Source: Candidatus Parcubacteria bacterium (GTDB lineage: Bacteria; Patescibacteriota; Minisyncoccia; UBA6257; JAGOQP01). Taken from it: 64,000 bases of DNA. Shown here piece after piece: positions 20,469 through 29,102 of the stretch (position 1 is the first letter of the stretch; the number at the start of each line of letters is the position of its first letter). The stretch covers positions 468,680-532,679 of the forward strand of contig AP024682.1 of NCBI GenBank assembly GCA_025999395.1. The letters run 5' to 3'. The notes under the pieces were generated by a model. The model was not told the origin of the DNA. It ran no database searches and saw only the letters and a program-made list of their open reading frames with translations. Both the position numbers and the translations under genes were made by a program.

Positions 20469-20550
20469 ATCATTTTTTCTTGATTTTACGCTATTTATTG
20501 ATAAAATCAAGAAAGCACAACAAATTCGTTTCTAGTAAAAACAAATTTGA

Positions 20551-20622
20551 GCCCCCGTAGCTCAATGGATAGAGCAGGTCCCTTCTAAGGACAAGATGAG
20601 GGTTCGATTCCTTCCGGGGGCG
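20551..20622 (+). tRNA. tRNA-Arg (UCU)
   Basis: GCCCCCG acceptor stem, anticodon loop CTTCTAA, GGTTCGATTCC T-arm. Confidence 0.92.
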
Positions 20623-20686
20623 CTTTTTTTATTGATTTTTTTTCATTCAATTGATATCTTTAAAAAGTAATTGAAAACAAAAAATT

Positions 20687-20761
20687 GCCGCGGTAGCTCA
20701 GTGGTAGAGCGCATGCCTGAAGAGCATGGCGTCGGGGGTTCGATTCCCTCCCGCGGCACCA
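20687..20761 (+). tRNA. tRNA-Phe (GAA), CCA encoded
   Basis: GCCGCGG acceptor stem, CATGC-CTGAAGA-GCATG anticodon arm, ends ACCA. Confidence 0.95.
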
Positions 20762-21352
20762 ATGACAAAAAAACAAAAAAATAAACTTGTTTTTATTTTT
20801 ATCACCGGAAATAAAAATAAAGTTCTTGAAGCTCGTCAAATTCTCAAGGATTTCGAAATAAAACAATGTACCCTCAATCTTCCCGAAATTCAAAGCTTAA
20901 AGGTAGAAGAAGTTGTTAAAGAAAAAGCAAAAGAAGCTTTCAAGATAGTTAAAAAACCAGTTCTGGTTGAAGACACTAGTCTTGAAATCAAAGCTTGGAA
21001 TAACTTTCCGGGAGCATTAATTAAGTTTCTTTTAGAAAGTGTTGGGGTGCAAGGAATTATAAAAATGCTTTCTGGAGAAAAAAATCGCTTTGCTGTTGCC
21101 AAAACAGCGCTTGGTTTATACGATGGAAAAAATTTAAAGGTTTTTGTTGGAAAGATTGAAGGAACTATTTCCAAAAAAGTCTCTGGTAAAAAAGGATTTG
21201 GCTGGGACTCAATTTTTATCCCCCAAGGATTAAAAAAAACTTTCGCTCAAATGAATTCCGAAGAAAAAAACTCTCTTTCTATGAGAAGAAAAGCTCTTGA
21301 AAAAATGGAAAGGTATTTAATTAAAGTAAAGAAAAACACTTTAAAAAATTAA
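20762..21352 (+). CDS. rdgB: Non-canonical purine NTP pyrophosphatase (HAM1/ITPase/RdgB family)
   Basis: FITGNKNK, LPEIQ, VEDTSL, FPGALIK, GFGWDSIFIP, EKNSLSMR; the ORF-track start (20726) lies inside tRNA-Phe, so ATG 20762 is used. Confidence 0.92.
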   Translation: MTKKQKNKLVFIFITGNKNKVLEARQILKDFEIKQCTLNLPEIQSLKVEEVVKEKAKEAFKIVKKPVLVEDTSLEIKAWNNFPGALIKFLLESVGVQGIIKMLSGEKNRFAVAKTALGLYDGKNLKVFVGKIEGTISKKVSGKKGFGWDSIFIPQGLKKTFAQMNSEEKNSLSMRRKALEKMERYLIKVKKNTLKN

Positions 21353-21397
21353 GAGATTGAAATTGTTTTCTTTTTTGATAAATTTATAAGAGCAATT

Positions 21398-21468
21398 CGG
21401 GCCGTAGTGTAATGGTAGCACGAGTCCTTTGGGAGGATTTAGTCCGAGTTCGAATCTCGGCGGCCCGA
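21398..21468 (+). tRNA. tRNA-Pro (UGG)
   Basis: CGGGCCG acceptor stem (C1-G72, A73), anticodon loop TTTGGGA. Confidence 0.9.
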
Positions 21469-21475
21469 CAAAAAT

Positions 21476-21502
21476 AAAAACCTTCATTGATGAAGGTTTT
21501 TT
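21476..21502. terminator. Bidirectional terminator between convergent tRNA-Pro and tRNA-Ala
   Basis: AAAAACCTTCAT-TG-ATGAAGGTTTTT. Confidence 0.8.
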
Positions 21503-21509
21503 AATTATG

Positions 21510-21583
21510 TGGACCCGATCGGGCTCGAACCGACGACCTCCTCGATGCCATCGAGGCGCTCTAGCCAACTGAGCTACGGGCCC
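21510..21583 (-). tRNA. tRNA-Ala (GGC)
   Basis: GGGCCCG acceptor with G3-U70; CCTCG-ATGGCAT-CGAGG anticodon arm. Confidence 0.94.
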
Positions 21584-21679
21584 TTTTGAAAATTTAAGAA
21601 AATTTGATTTTACTAAAATAAATAATACAATAAGAGAAAATCAATTTCAACACAAAAAAGATAATCGGATTTTTTAAGA

Positions 21680-21754
21680 GCCCCCGTAGTTCAACGGATA
21701 GAACAGATCCGTCCTAAGGATAAAATGGAAGTTCGATTCTTCCCGGGGGCACCA
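21680..21754 (+). tRNA. tRNA-Arg (CCU), CCA encoded
   Basis: GCCCCCG acceptor stem, anticodon loop GTCCTAA, ends ACCA. Confidence 0.92.
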
Positions 21755-21758
21755 AAAA

Positions 21759-21846
21759 GGAGGGTTGGCAGAGTGGTCGAATGCGCCGCACTCGAAATGC
21801 GGTTGGGGACAAAATCCCCTCAGAGGTTCGAATCCTCTACCCTCCG
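21759..21846 (+). tRNA. tRNA-Ser (CGA)
   Basis: GGAGGGT acceptor, CCGCA-CTCGAAA-TGCGG anticodon arm, long variable arm GGGGA-CAAAA-TCCCC, G73. Confidence 0.94.
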
Positions 21847-21929
21847 CTGATTTTAAGCCTAAAAAGAAGCCTTTTAAAAAACATTATGTTATACTTTTAT
21901 TAATTGAATTTTGTTTTAAACTTTTCACT

Positions 21930-22544
21930 ATGAATACAGAAGTAAACACTCAGTGGGAAGAGAAAAATAAAAATATTACCAGAGCTACTCTTAGTCAGCG
22001 GCCGGAAGTAAATTTGGAAATTACCAAAACAAAAGCTCTTCAAGAAATTAAAAGAAGAACTCCTTGGATCTTTTTAAGCGTGCTTGCTGGGATCGCGATG
22101 ATTTGGATAAGCCAATCTTATGAACAAATGTTTTTGAAAAAGATGGAATTAGTCTTTTTTATCCCAATGATTGTTTACATTAGCGATAGCATTGGAACTG
22201 AAACCTTGGCTCTTTTTATCAGAGAATTAGCTCTTAAGAGAGTCAGTATAAAAAAATTAGCCTTAAAAGAAATTCTTGTTGGTCTTTCTTTAGGAATAAT
22301 GAGCGGGATCCCAATGGGATTGTTTAGCTATTTTAGATTTCATGACTTAAAGCTATCAACAGCGGTATCGACGGCAATGATTATTAATGGTGTTATTGCG
22401 GTCTTTCTGGGTATTGCTATCCCCTTTATTTTTTTCAAGTTAAAAAAAGATCCCGCTCTAGGAACTGATGAAATTACTACCATTATTTCCGATAACCTTA
22501 GCTTACTGGTTTATTTAATAACCTCAACAATTATTATTTTTTAA
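21930..22544 (+). CDS. MgtE-family magnesium transporter, membrane domain only
   Basis: RRTPWI, FFIPMI, IGTETLALFIREL, KDPALGTDEITTIISD; the ORF-track start overlaps tRNA-Ser, so ATG 21930 is used. Confidence 0.82.
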   Translation: MNTEVNTQWEEKNKNITRATLSQRPEVNLEITKTKALQEIKRRTPWIFLSVLAGIAMIWISQSYEQMFLKKMELVFFIPMIVYISDSIGTETLALFIRELALKRVSIKKLALKEILVGLSLGIMSGIPMGLFSYFRFHDLKLSTAVSTAMIINGVIAVFLGIAIPFIFFKLKKDPALGTDEITTIISDNLSLLVYLITSTIIIF

Positions 22545-22553
22545 ATAAAAATT

Positions 22554-23543
22554 ATGACAATATCCGAAAAAAGGACAGTTCAAATAATAAAAAAGGTGTT
22601 GCCGGCAGTAGTTTCAATTTCTGTTTTTAAAAACCAAGATAAAAGATTAGATTCAAGAATAAGCTTTTCTCAAAAACCAAAGGACGCTCTTCAAGAAGGA
22701 GGTTCAGGATTTTTTGTAGATAATAAAGGAACAATTGTCACCGCTTTGCATGTAATTTCTTCCAATCCAGAGACTGAATACCAAATCACTACCTTTAACA
22801 ACAAAGTTTATAAGGCAAAAAAAATAGGGGTTAGTTTTGTTAATGATGTGGCTTTCTTAAAAATAGAGCCAAATGTTAAAACGCCTTTTATTCCTTTGGG
22901 AAATTCTTCTAGCCTTCAACTTGGTCAAGAAGTTTTTGCGATTGGCAATGTTTTGGGAATTTTTCAAAACACCGTTTCTAAAGGAATTATTTCTGGTCTT
23001 TCACGATCAATTATTGCCAAAAATCAAGAAATGGAAGAAGATCTTCATGGTTTAATTCAAACAGATGCAGCGATTAATCCCGGAAATTCCGGAGGGCCAC
23101 TAATTGACAGCCAAGGAAAAGTAATCGGCATTAATTCTGCTAGTGTGGCTTATGCAGAAAACATTGGTTTCGCAATTCCCATAAATAGCATCAAAAAAGA
23201 ACTTGAAAAGATTCACCGTTTTGGATCTCTTAAAATTCCTTTTTTAGGAGTGCGCTATATCTTGATTAATAAAAAAATCCAAGAAATTTTCAAAATGCCA
23301 GTAAGTCAAGGAGCTTTGGTGGCTAGCCCTAATCCTAAAATTAAGCCAGCGGTTATTCCAAGAAGCCCGGCAGAGAAAGGAGGAATTAAGGAAGGTGATA
23401 TAATTTTAGAAATCAATAATCTAGCAATTACTCCTCAAAACAAGATAGAGGAAATTTTAGAAAAAACTAGTCAAAAAGAAATCCTTAAAATAAAACTCTT
23501 AAGAAAAGGAAAAATAAAAATTCTTCAAATAAAATTAGATTAA
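22554..23543 (+). CDS. HtrA/DegP-family serine protease with one PDZ domain
   Basis: GGSGFFV, VTALHV (His), NDVAFLKI (Asp), IQTDAAINPGNSGGPL (Ser), PDZ SPAEKGGIKEGDIIL. Confidence 0.93.
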   Translation: MTISEKRTVQIIKKVLPAVVSISVFKNQDKRLDSRISFSQKPKDALQEGGSGFFVDNKGTIVTALHVISSNPETEYQITTFNNKVYKAKKIGVSFVNDVAFLKIEPNVKTPFIPLGNSSSLQLGQEVFAIGNVLGIFQNTVSKGIISGLSRSIIAKNQEMEEDLHGLIQTDAAINPGNSGGPLIDSQGKVIGINSASVAYAENIGFAIPINSIKKELEKIHRFGSLKIPFLGVRYILINKKIQEIFKMPVSQGALVASPNPKIKPAVIPRSPAEKGGIKEGDIILEINNLAITPQNKIEEILEKTSQKEILKIKLLRKGKIKILQIKLD

Positions 23544-23566
23544 CCCTTCCTATCCTTTATCAAAAG

Positions 23567-25087
23567 TTACTGACGATTAGTATAAAAAGTAACCTGAAAG
23601 CTAACCAGATTACTCTCTAAAGGAGTAAGGCTGGCTAAAGGCAAATCGACTTTGCTTAAACCATTTATTTTCTCTAAGGACTTCTTAAACTCTACCGCTT
23701 CAGATTCAGAGGAAGCACGAGCATTAACAATAATAGGCACATCTGGAGATTGAATAAGAATTCTTTCAATTGTTATTTTATTTTCAGATGCTTTTTGATA
23801 AAGCTCTTCAATTAACCAAGCCCAGCGAGTTTGTTGAGATTTAACTGTAAGCGCTTTTTCCACCTTAAGATTAAAATCATTAGCTTCATTCTTTAGAGAA
23901 TTAAAATAAGCAGTGTTATAAGAAGAAGAAATATTAGATAAATCATTAGTTAAACTTTTAATAAAAAGGTTTAAGAAGATAAAAATCCCCAAGAAAGCCG
24001 TTAAAATCACTGATAAAGAAACGATTAAAATATTTCTCCACAAGCGAACAAAAGAAAGAACTTGGGAATGAAAAAATTGAATTTCAGTTCCCTCAGGAGC
24101 AAGGCTAATTTCTGTATCTTGAGAACGCGGAATTAAACCTCTTAAAGCCGCCCCTAATGCACAAGCAAAAGAAAGCTCTAAGGGATAACTTTTTATCTGA
24201 AACGGGAGAATTTGTAAGCTGAAATTATCCTTTAAAATTCCGCTAACCTCTTTTTCCAATCCGGGAGCAATTAAATAAACATTTTTAATATCCCTACTAA
24301 AGCGACTGGAATAAAAATTAATTACTCTATGAGTCTCCTGAATAACAAGATTTCGAAAATCAGCAAAAGAAATTTCTCTTTCCAAGCTATAATTACTTGC
24401 TACCGTGCTCCAAGAAGAAAAATGATTAAAGTAAAGAGAGTGTTTGTGAACAATAGAAAAGCTTAAACCATCACTATCAATATAAAGAACAAAAAAATCT
24501 TCTTCTCCCAAAGTATTTTTCTCTTCAAAATTAATTAAACGGATAATAGACATTGCCTTTTGTTCAATCGCCAAAGGCAAGAAATTGGCTTGAACAAGTT
24601 GATGATAAAAACTATCTACAATCTCCTTAGAAATGAAAGAGGAGAGAATTTCTATTTCATAATTAGAATTGGAGTGCAAACTTTCTACTTTTTGCCAATC
24701 AGAATAGGCTCGAGAAAAATCAAGAGGAGAAATAACCTGTAAATTAAGACGAACCGCTTCTTCCAAGTTTGCATCTTTTAAAAGAGGAAGAGAAAAAAGC
24801 TGGGTATAAACATTAGCATCAGAAAGAGAGACGATTACAGGAATTTTTTCTGATTCCTTTGAAGTAATTTGATGATGTAAGCTTTTGAGAGAATTGAAAA
24901 ATTCTTTGGGGTTAATCAGTTTTCCCTCTTCGATAACACCCACAGGAAACTTTAAAGAAAACTTTTGAAGTTGTCCTCTTTTTTCCCCGAAAGAAAAAAA
25001 AGTCAACCCGCTATCACTAATCACCAAACCGCCAATTTCTAAGTAGGGTTTTAAGAAGCGAAAAACTTTTTTTAAAAAAACACTCAT
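23567..25087 (-). CDS. Type IV pilus assembly protein, PilM-like domain fused to a TM plus PilN-like domain
   Basis: Degenerate actin-like N-domain (GGLVISD, GVIEEGKL, ALGAALRG), then ISLAP, a TM helix and a PilN-like C-terminus; last gene of the pilus cluster. Confidence 0.7.
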   Translation of the reverse strand: MSVFLKKVFRFLKPYLEIGGLVISDSGLTFFSFGEKRGQLQKFSLKFPVGVIEEGKLINPKEFFNSLKSLHHQITSKESEKIPVIVSLSDANVYTQLFSLPLLKDANLEEAVRLNLQVISPLDFSRAYSDWQKVESLHSNSNYEIEILSSFISKEIVDSFYHQLVQANFLPLAIEQKAMSIIRLINFEEKNTLGEEDFFVLYIDSDGLSFSIVHKHSLYFNHFSSWSTVASNYSLEREISFADFRNLVIQETHRVINFYSSRFSRDIKNVYLIAPGLEKEVSGILKDNFSLQILPFQIKSYPLELSFACALGAALRGLIPRSQDTEISLAPEGTEIQFFHSQVLSFVRLWRNILIVSLSVILTAFLGIFIFLNLFIKSLTNDLSNISSSYNTAYFNSLKNEANDFNLKVEKALTVKSQQTRWAWLIEELYQKASENKITIERILIQSPDVPIIVNARASSESEAVEFKKSLEKINGLSKVDLPLASLTPLESNLVSFQVTFYTNRQ

Positions 25088-25118
25088 AAATTAGATTGGT
25101 ATCTCTTACTACAAACTT

Positions 25119-25616
25119 TTACTGAGCGGTGATTTCTTCAATCGACTCTAAAATTACTTGACCACTTAAAGGATGAAGATAAACTCGAGCTTTGTATTTT
25201 TTGTTTTTATTTAAAAAAGTTGCCAAAGAAACCACTTCGTATCTATCTGTCAAAGACGGCGTCCCACAACTTGTTCCCCCCAAATAAGTTAAATTTTTAC
25301 AAACCGTTATTTGAACAGGAATACTGGAGATATTTAAGTTATAAGAAGTACTTGAAGAAAAGTCATTGTGAATAATTCTTCTTAAAGCGTCGTTAATTCC
25401 CGAAAAAGCAGCAAAATTAACTAAATTTAAAATTCTTACTCCCAACCCTCCCTGACTAGCAAGATAAGAAATAAGAAGAGCAGCCAAAGCTATCTCAAAA
25501 ACAACCATTCCCACAATTAAAATCGAAGAAACAGCCAACGCCCCGCTCTGATTTTTTTTGTCAAGGAAATTAACTTTAACAACTTCTAATAAACTCACTT
25601 TTAAATTATAGCACAA
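25119..25616 (-). CDS. Minor pilin-like (PilX-type) protein; start uncertain
   Basis: KKNQSG-ALAVSSILIV prepilin-like N-terminus; AAFSGINDALRRI motif; in the pilus cluster. Confidence 0.6.
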   Translation of the reverse strand: MCYNLKVSLLEVVKVNFLDKKNQSGALAVSSILIVGMVVFEIALAALLISYLASQGGLGVRILNLVNFAAFSGINDALRRIIHNDFSSSTSYNLNISSIPVQITVCKNLTYLGGTSCGTPSLTDRYEVVSLATFLNKNKKYKARVYLHPLSGQVILESIEEITAQ

Positions 25617-25647
25617 GCAACAATTTTCAAAAAATTACTTTTAAAAA

Positions 25648-26127
25648 TTAAGGGTTGGTTGTTGTATTTTGATTAACAGAAGAACTAGAATCTAAGCTGC
25701 TGTTATTTGAAAAATTTTCAGGATAACTAGAGGAATTAGGATTGGAAATATTAACATTAGGATTTGATAAATTAGAGCTTTTACCAGAAACTAAAGAAAA
25801 AATCTGACTAGTAGGAGAAATTTTAGCTATCCAAACAACTTGATCTTTATTTATTTTGATTTTATCTTCTGGACCCCAAACTGATTGGTCAAAACGGCTA
25901 ATAGAAACCTCTCCTTGAGAATTAGTTCTTAGATACCAAACGTTTGAAAGACTAAGATAAGGAAATCGAGATAATTTTCCAAAATAAATGTCCCCTGTTT
26001 TTAGATAAACCGCATAATAATCATCAAAATCAAATTTGGAAAAATAAAAAAATAAAAAGACTGAAGTTAACAAAATTAAAAAAACTATTAAAAAAAACCC
26101 GATTAGAAAAACATTTCTTTTGATCAT
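25648..26127 (-). CDS. Membrane-anchored hypothetical protein
   Basis: N-terminal TM helix, YAVYLKTGDIYFGKL core, S/N-rich tail. Confidence 0.7.
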   Translation of the reverse strand: MIKRNVFLIGFFLIVFLILLTSVFLFFYFSKFDFDDYYAVYLKTGDIYFGKLSRFPYLSLSNVWYLRTNSQGEVSISRFDQSVWGPEDKIKINKDQVVWIAKISPTSQIFSLVSGKSSNLSNPNVNISNPNSSSYPENFSNNSSLDSSSSVNQNTTTNP

Positions 26128-26223
26128 ATTTCTTAAAAGTTAATAATAAAAAACAAACATCTAAATAATAATACATCAATAATAATACATCAAAACAGAA
26201 AAATCCATTAAATTTTAAATAAA

Positions 26224-27840
26224 TTAAGGAGACCAGTTAACTACAATTCCATCAACAGTGGGGCTTAAAGTATATCCTGAATCTGGAGAAAGAATAATTT
26301 TATATCGAAAATATCGATGATTATTATGATACTTTAAATTAATTTGAACAGGGATATTTGAATTATTAGGAGTATAATAAGTAGAACCAGAACCATCTGG
26401 ACCAAGATAATTCCAAGGGCCAGTAGAAGAATTAGAAGAAGCAATCTGAAATTTAACATTGGTGCCAGCGGGTTTTGTTCCTCTCCACATCAAAGAGTTA
26501 AAAGCTGCTCCTCCGTTTACTTGAGTATCGAAAGTAGAAGAGTACAAAATTCCATCAGAGCTTTTGTTGGTTATTTGTAAGGAAGAGCCGGCGCTAATAT
26601 TGCTTGCGGAAGAGTATTTATTATTTACTTCTGTAATAGGACCTTCTTGGCCACTTCCTCCCGACCAATCTTTTTGCCAAAAAACAAGATTTCTTTTTGA
26701 CCGAGTTAAATAAAAACTAATTTCATTCTTTCTTCCATTAGTCCAAACAACGGCACTAGTTATTTTTTGAGTCGAAGGATCATCATTATTTGAATTATAA
26801 GTTGACTCAATAACGCCATTTGTATCTCGAGAAACATTATCGACATAAAAATAACGATAATAAATCGAACTTTGATAAAGTTGTTTTATTTCATCAGAAG
26901 ATAAAACCCGATTATAAATACGGGCTTCATCAACAATACCAAAAGACATATAAGGACTACCACCACCAATCCTATAATCAGCAGTTCCATAATCTCTTAA
27001 AGGTTTTGTAATAGATGCTGTAGAACCAACTTGAGAACCATTAAGATAAAGTTTAAATTGATTATTAACTTCATCAACTGTCATCACTATATGATACCAA
27101 TTACCAACTGCTAAATTTTTACCACTGTAAATAACAGTATTGGTATTATCATAATAATAAATGACTGCTCTCAACTCTCCTGTTGATAAAGTATAAAACA
27201 AACCCAAATGATAGCCAGCTCTTAAAAAGATATATCCATCATACCCATTTTTAGGTAGTCCAGAAGGTTTAAACCAAACAGCAAAAGAAAAATTCCGACC
27301 ATCATCAGTTAAATCTTGTAAAGTAGAAGAATTGCCAGGAATAGAAACATAGTCATCTATTCCATCTAAACTTAGCCCCCTTCCGGCATAAGCAGTAGTT
27401 CTTAAAGGACTATTGATAAGAGTGCCATTGTTTCCATATCCAGAAAAGTCATAAGCAGTATTTCCTGATATTTCATCAAGTTTCCAATAACCAACAAGAC
27501 CAGCATTTATATCATTAGCCAAAACACTCTCCTGACCAGAAACAGCTGAAGTTAAAGAAGAACTAGAAACTAAATAAAATTGATTAGTTGACCCTTTGGC
27601 TAAATCATAGATGTTATGCCAGTTAGATTCAGCAAAGGAACTTATTTTATTTGAAAGTTCAGAAACTAAATTAGTAGCAATCTGATTTCCTCTTGATTCA
27701 AAGTTATTTCTAACAACACTTAAAATAGCAGCTGTTGCTGCTGCTAAAAGCAAACTTAAAACAGCCAGTGAAATTAAAATTTCTGCCAGCAGTTGCCCTT
27801 TTTCACAAGAAAATTTTTTTCTCAAAAAATCTCTTTTCAT
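26224..27840 (-). CDS. Minor pilin (PilV-like) with an inserted LamG/concanavalin-like domain
   Basis: EKG-QLLAEIL prepilin site; LamG GLVGYWKLDE...WYHIV...GIVDEARIYNRVLS; beta-rich C-terminal domain. Confidence 0.8.
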   Translation of the reverse strand: MKRDFLRKKFSCEKGQLLAEILISLAVLSLLLAAATAAILSVVRNNFESRGNQIATNLVSELSNKISSFAESNWHNIYDLAKGSTNQFYLVSSSSLTSAVSGQESVLANDINAGLVGYWKLDEISGNTAYDFSGYGNNGTLINSPLRTTAYAGRGLSLDGIDDYVSIPGNSSTLQDLTDDGRNFSFAVWFKPSGLPKNGYDGYIFLRAGYHLGLFYTLSTGELRAVIYYYDNTNTVIYSGKNLAVGNWYHIVMTVDEVNNQFKLYLNGSQVGSTASITKPLRDYGTADYRIGGGSPYMSFGIVDEARIYNRVLSSDEIKQLYQSSIYYRYFYVDNVSRDTNGVIESTYNSNNDDPSTQKITSAVVWTNGRKNEISFYLTRSKRNLVFWQKDWSGGSGQEGPITEVNNKYSSASNISAGSSLQITNKSSDGILYSSTFDTQVNGGAAFNSLMWRGTKPAGTNVKFQIASSNSSTGPWNYLGPDGSGSTYYTPNNSNIPVQINLKYHNNHRYFRYKIILSPDSGYTLSPTVDGIVVNWSP

Positions 27841-27851
27841 TTTAAAAAAAA

Positions 27852-29054
27852 TTAATAACTTTCATAAAGCTTTTTTATCTCATCTTCTGATAAGGCTCTG
27901 CTATAAATCCTAACCTCATCAACCAACCCATTAAAATGATCTGTTCCCACAGCTGATCCTTCTCTGTGAGCAATATGAATGGAACCAGTATCATTGTATA
28001 TGGAGCCGGTAGAAGTAGCTAAACCTTGAAAACTACCATCGACATAAATTTTTCTTTCTCCGGTTAAACTATCATAAGTACCAACAAAATGATGCCAATT
28101 TTGAGGATCATTAACAGTATAGCAAGGATTATACTGCCAAGTAGTAGTATAAATAATAAAACACATATTTTTACCTCCAGAAGCATTCGTTCCTAAAATA
28201 TAAGCCGAATACTTACTTACAATCTGATAAACTCCACTGTAACCAGTTGTCAAATTAGACTTAACCCAAGCAGAAACAGTAATAGCATTATTAGGATTTA
28301 TACTAGAAATATTTAAATAGTCATCAGTGCCATCAAAATTTAACGCCCCCCCTACTCTTCCTGAAAGACCGTTGTTCCATGCTTGACTAGTAGTTGTTTG
28401 AGTACCACTTGCTCCAACACTTAACAATCCATCTTTACTATAACCAGAAGCATCATAAGCATAACTACCGCTTGACTCATCCATTGGCCAGTAACCTACT
28501 AAACCCGATTCTTGCAAACTTCTTATTTGACCACTACTGCTAATAAAAATAGAATAAACATTATCTTTATTTTTTTGTTTTAAAGAAACTACCTGGGCAG
28601 CTGTTGGCTTTCCGGAAATTGCTGAAAAAGAAATAGTTTTGCTAAAACCAGGAGCTGGATTGGTTAATTCAGAAGCATAACTTAAAGAACCTCTTAAAAC
28701 TACAGAAGAAGTCGAATAACTAGGATCAGGAAAAATTTCGAAATAATCATCGGTAGAAGTACTATTAGTAAAACGAATACTCCAGCTACTTTTATTTTCC
28801 TGACTAATAGAACGTTGTTGAGTATTTCTAATAGATTCAACTACCTTCTCTACATCCAAATCAAAATTGCGTTTACTTTTATAAGAAGAAAAATTCACTA
28901 TTCCTATAGTTGCTAAAATCGCAATCAGACTAATGACAATAATTAATTCATAAAGAGTAAAAGCTTTTTCTTTCTTTATTAACTTTATTAAAAAACTAAT
29001 TTTGTTTTTAAAATTATAGAATTTAGTTAACCTATCTTTAATATTTCTTTCCAT
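27852..29054 (-). CDS. Minor pilin (FimT/GspH-like) with a C-terminal LamG domain
   Basis: KA-FTLYELIIVI prepilin site; GLVGYWPMDE...WHHFVGTYD...GLVDEVRIYSRALS. Confidence 0.82.
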   Translation of the reverse strand: MERNIKDRLTKFYNFKNKISFLIKLIKKEKAFTLYELIIVISLIAILATIGIVNFSSYKSKRNFDLDVEKVVESIRNTQQRSISQENKSSWSIRFTNSTSTDDYFEIFPDPSYSTSSVVLRGSLSYASELTNPAPGFSKTISFSAISGKPTAAQVVSLKQKNKDNVYSIFISSSGQIRSLQESGLVGYWPMDESSGSYAYDASGYSKDGLLSVGASGTQTTTSQAWNNGLSGRVGGALNFDGTDDYLNISSINPNNAITVSAWVKSNLTTGYSGVYQIVSKYSAYILGTNASGGKNMCFIIYTTTWQYNPCYTVNDPQNWHHFVGTYDSLTGERKIYVDGSFQGLATSTGSIYNDTGSIHIAHREGSAVGTDHFNGLVDEVRIYSRALSEDEIKKLYESY

Positions 29055-29102
29055 AAAAATAAAATCTAAAATTATTCTCAACTATTTTTAACTTAATAAA
29101 AA

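Noticed and set aside
20551-21754. Similar tRNA-Arg(UCU) and tRNA-Arg(CCU) as attL/attR of an integrated element
   Set aside because: Both are complete tRNAs with different anticodons; the DNA between them holds tRNAs and rdgB and no integrase
20660-21929. ORFs 20660-20893, 20890-21174, 21341-21568 and the 5' extensions of the rdgB and mgtE ORFs
   Set aside because: They overlap tRNA genes or run antisense to rdgB
26164-26191. 14-bp tandem duplication AATAATAATACATC x2
   Set aside because: Only two copies with no spacers, in low-complexity AT-rich DNA; not a CRISPR array and no supportable function
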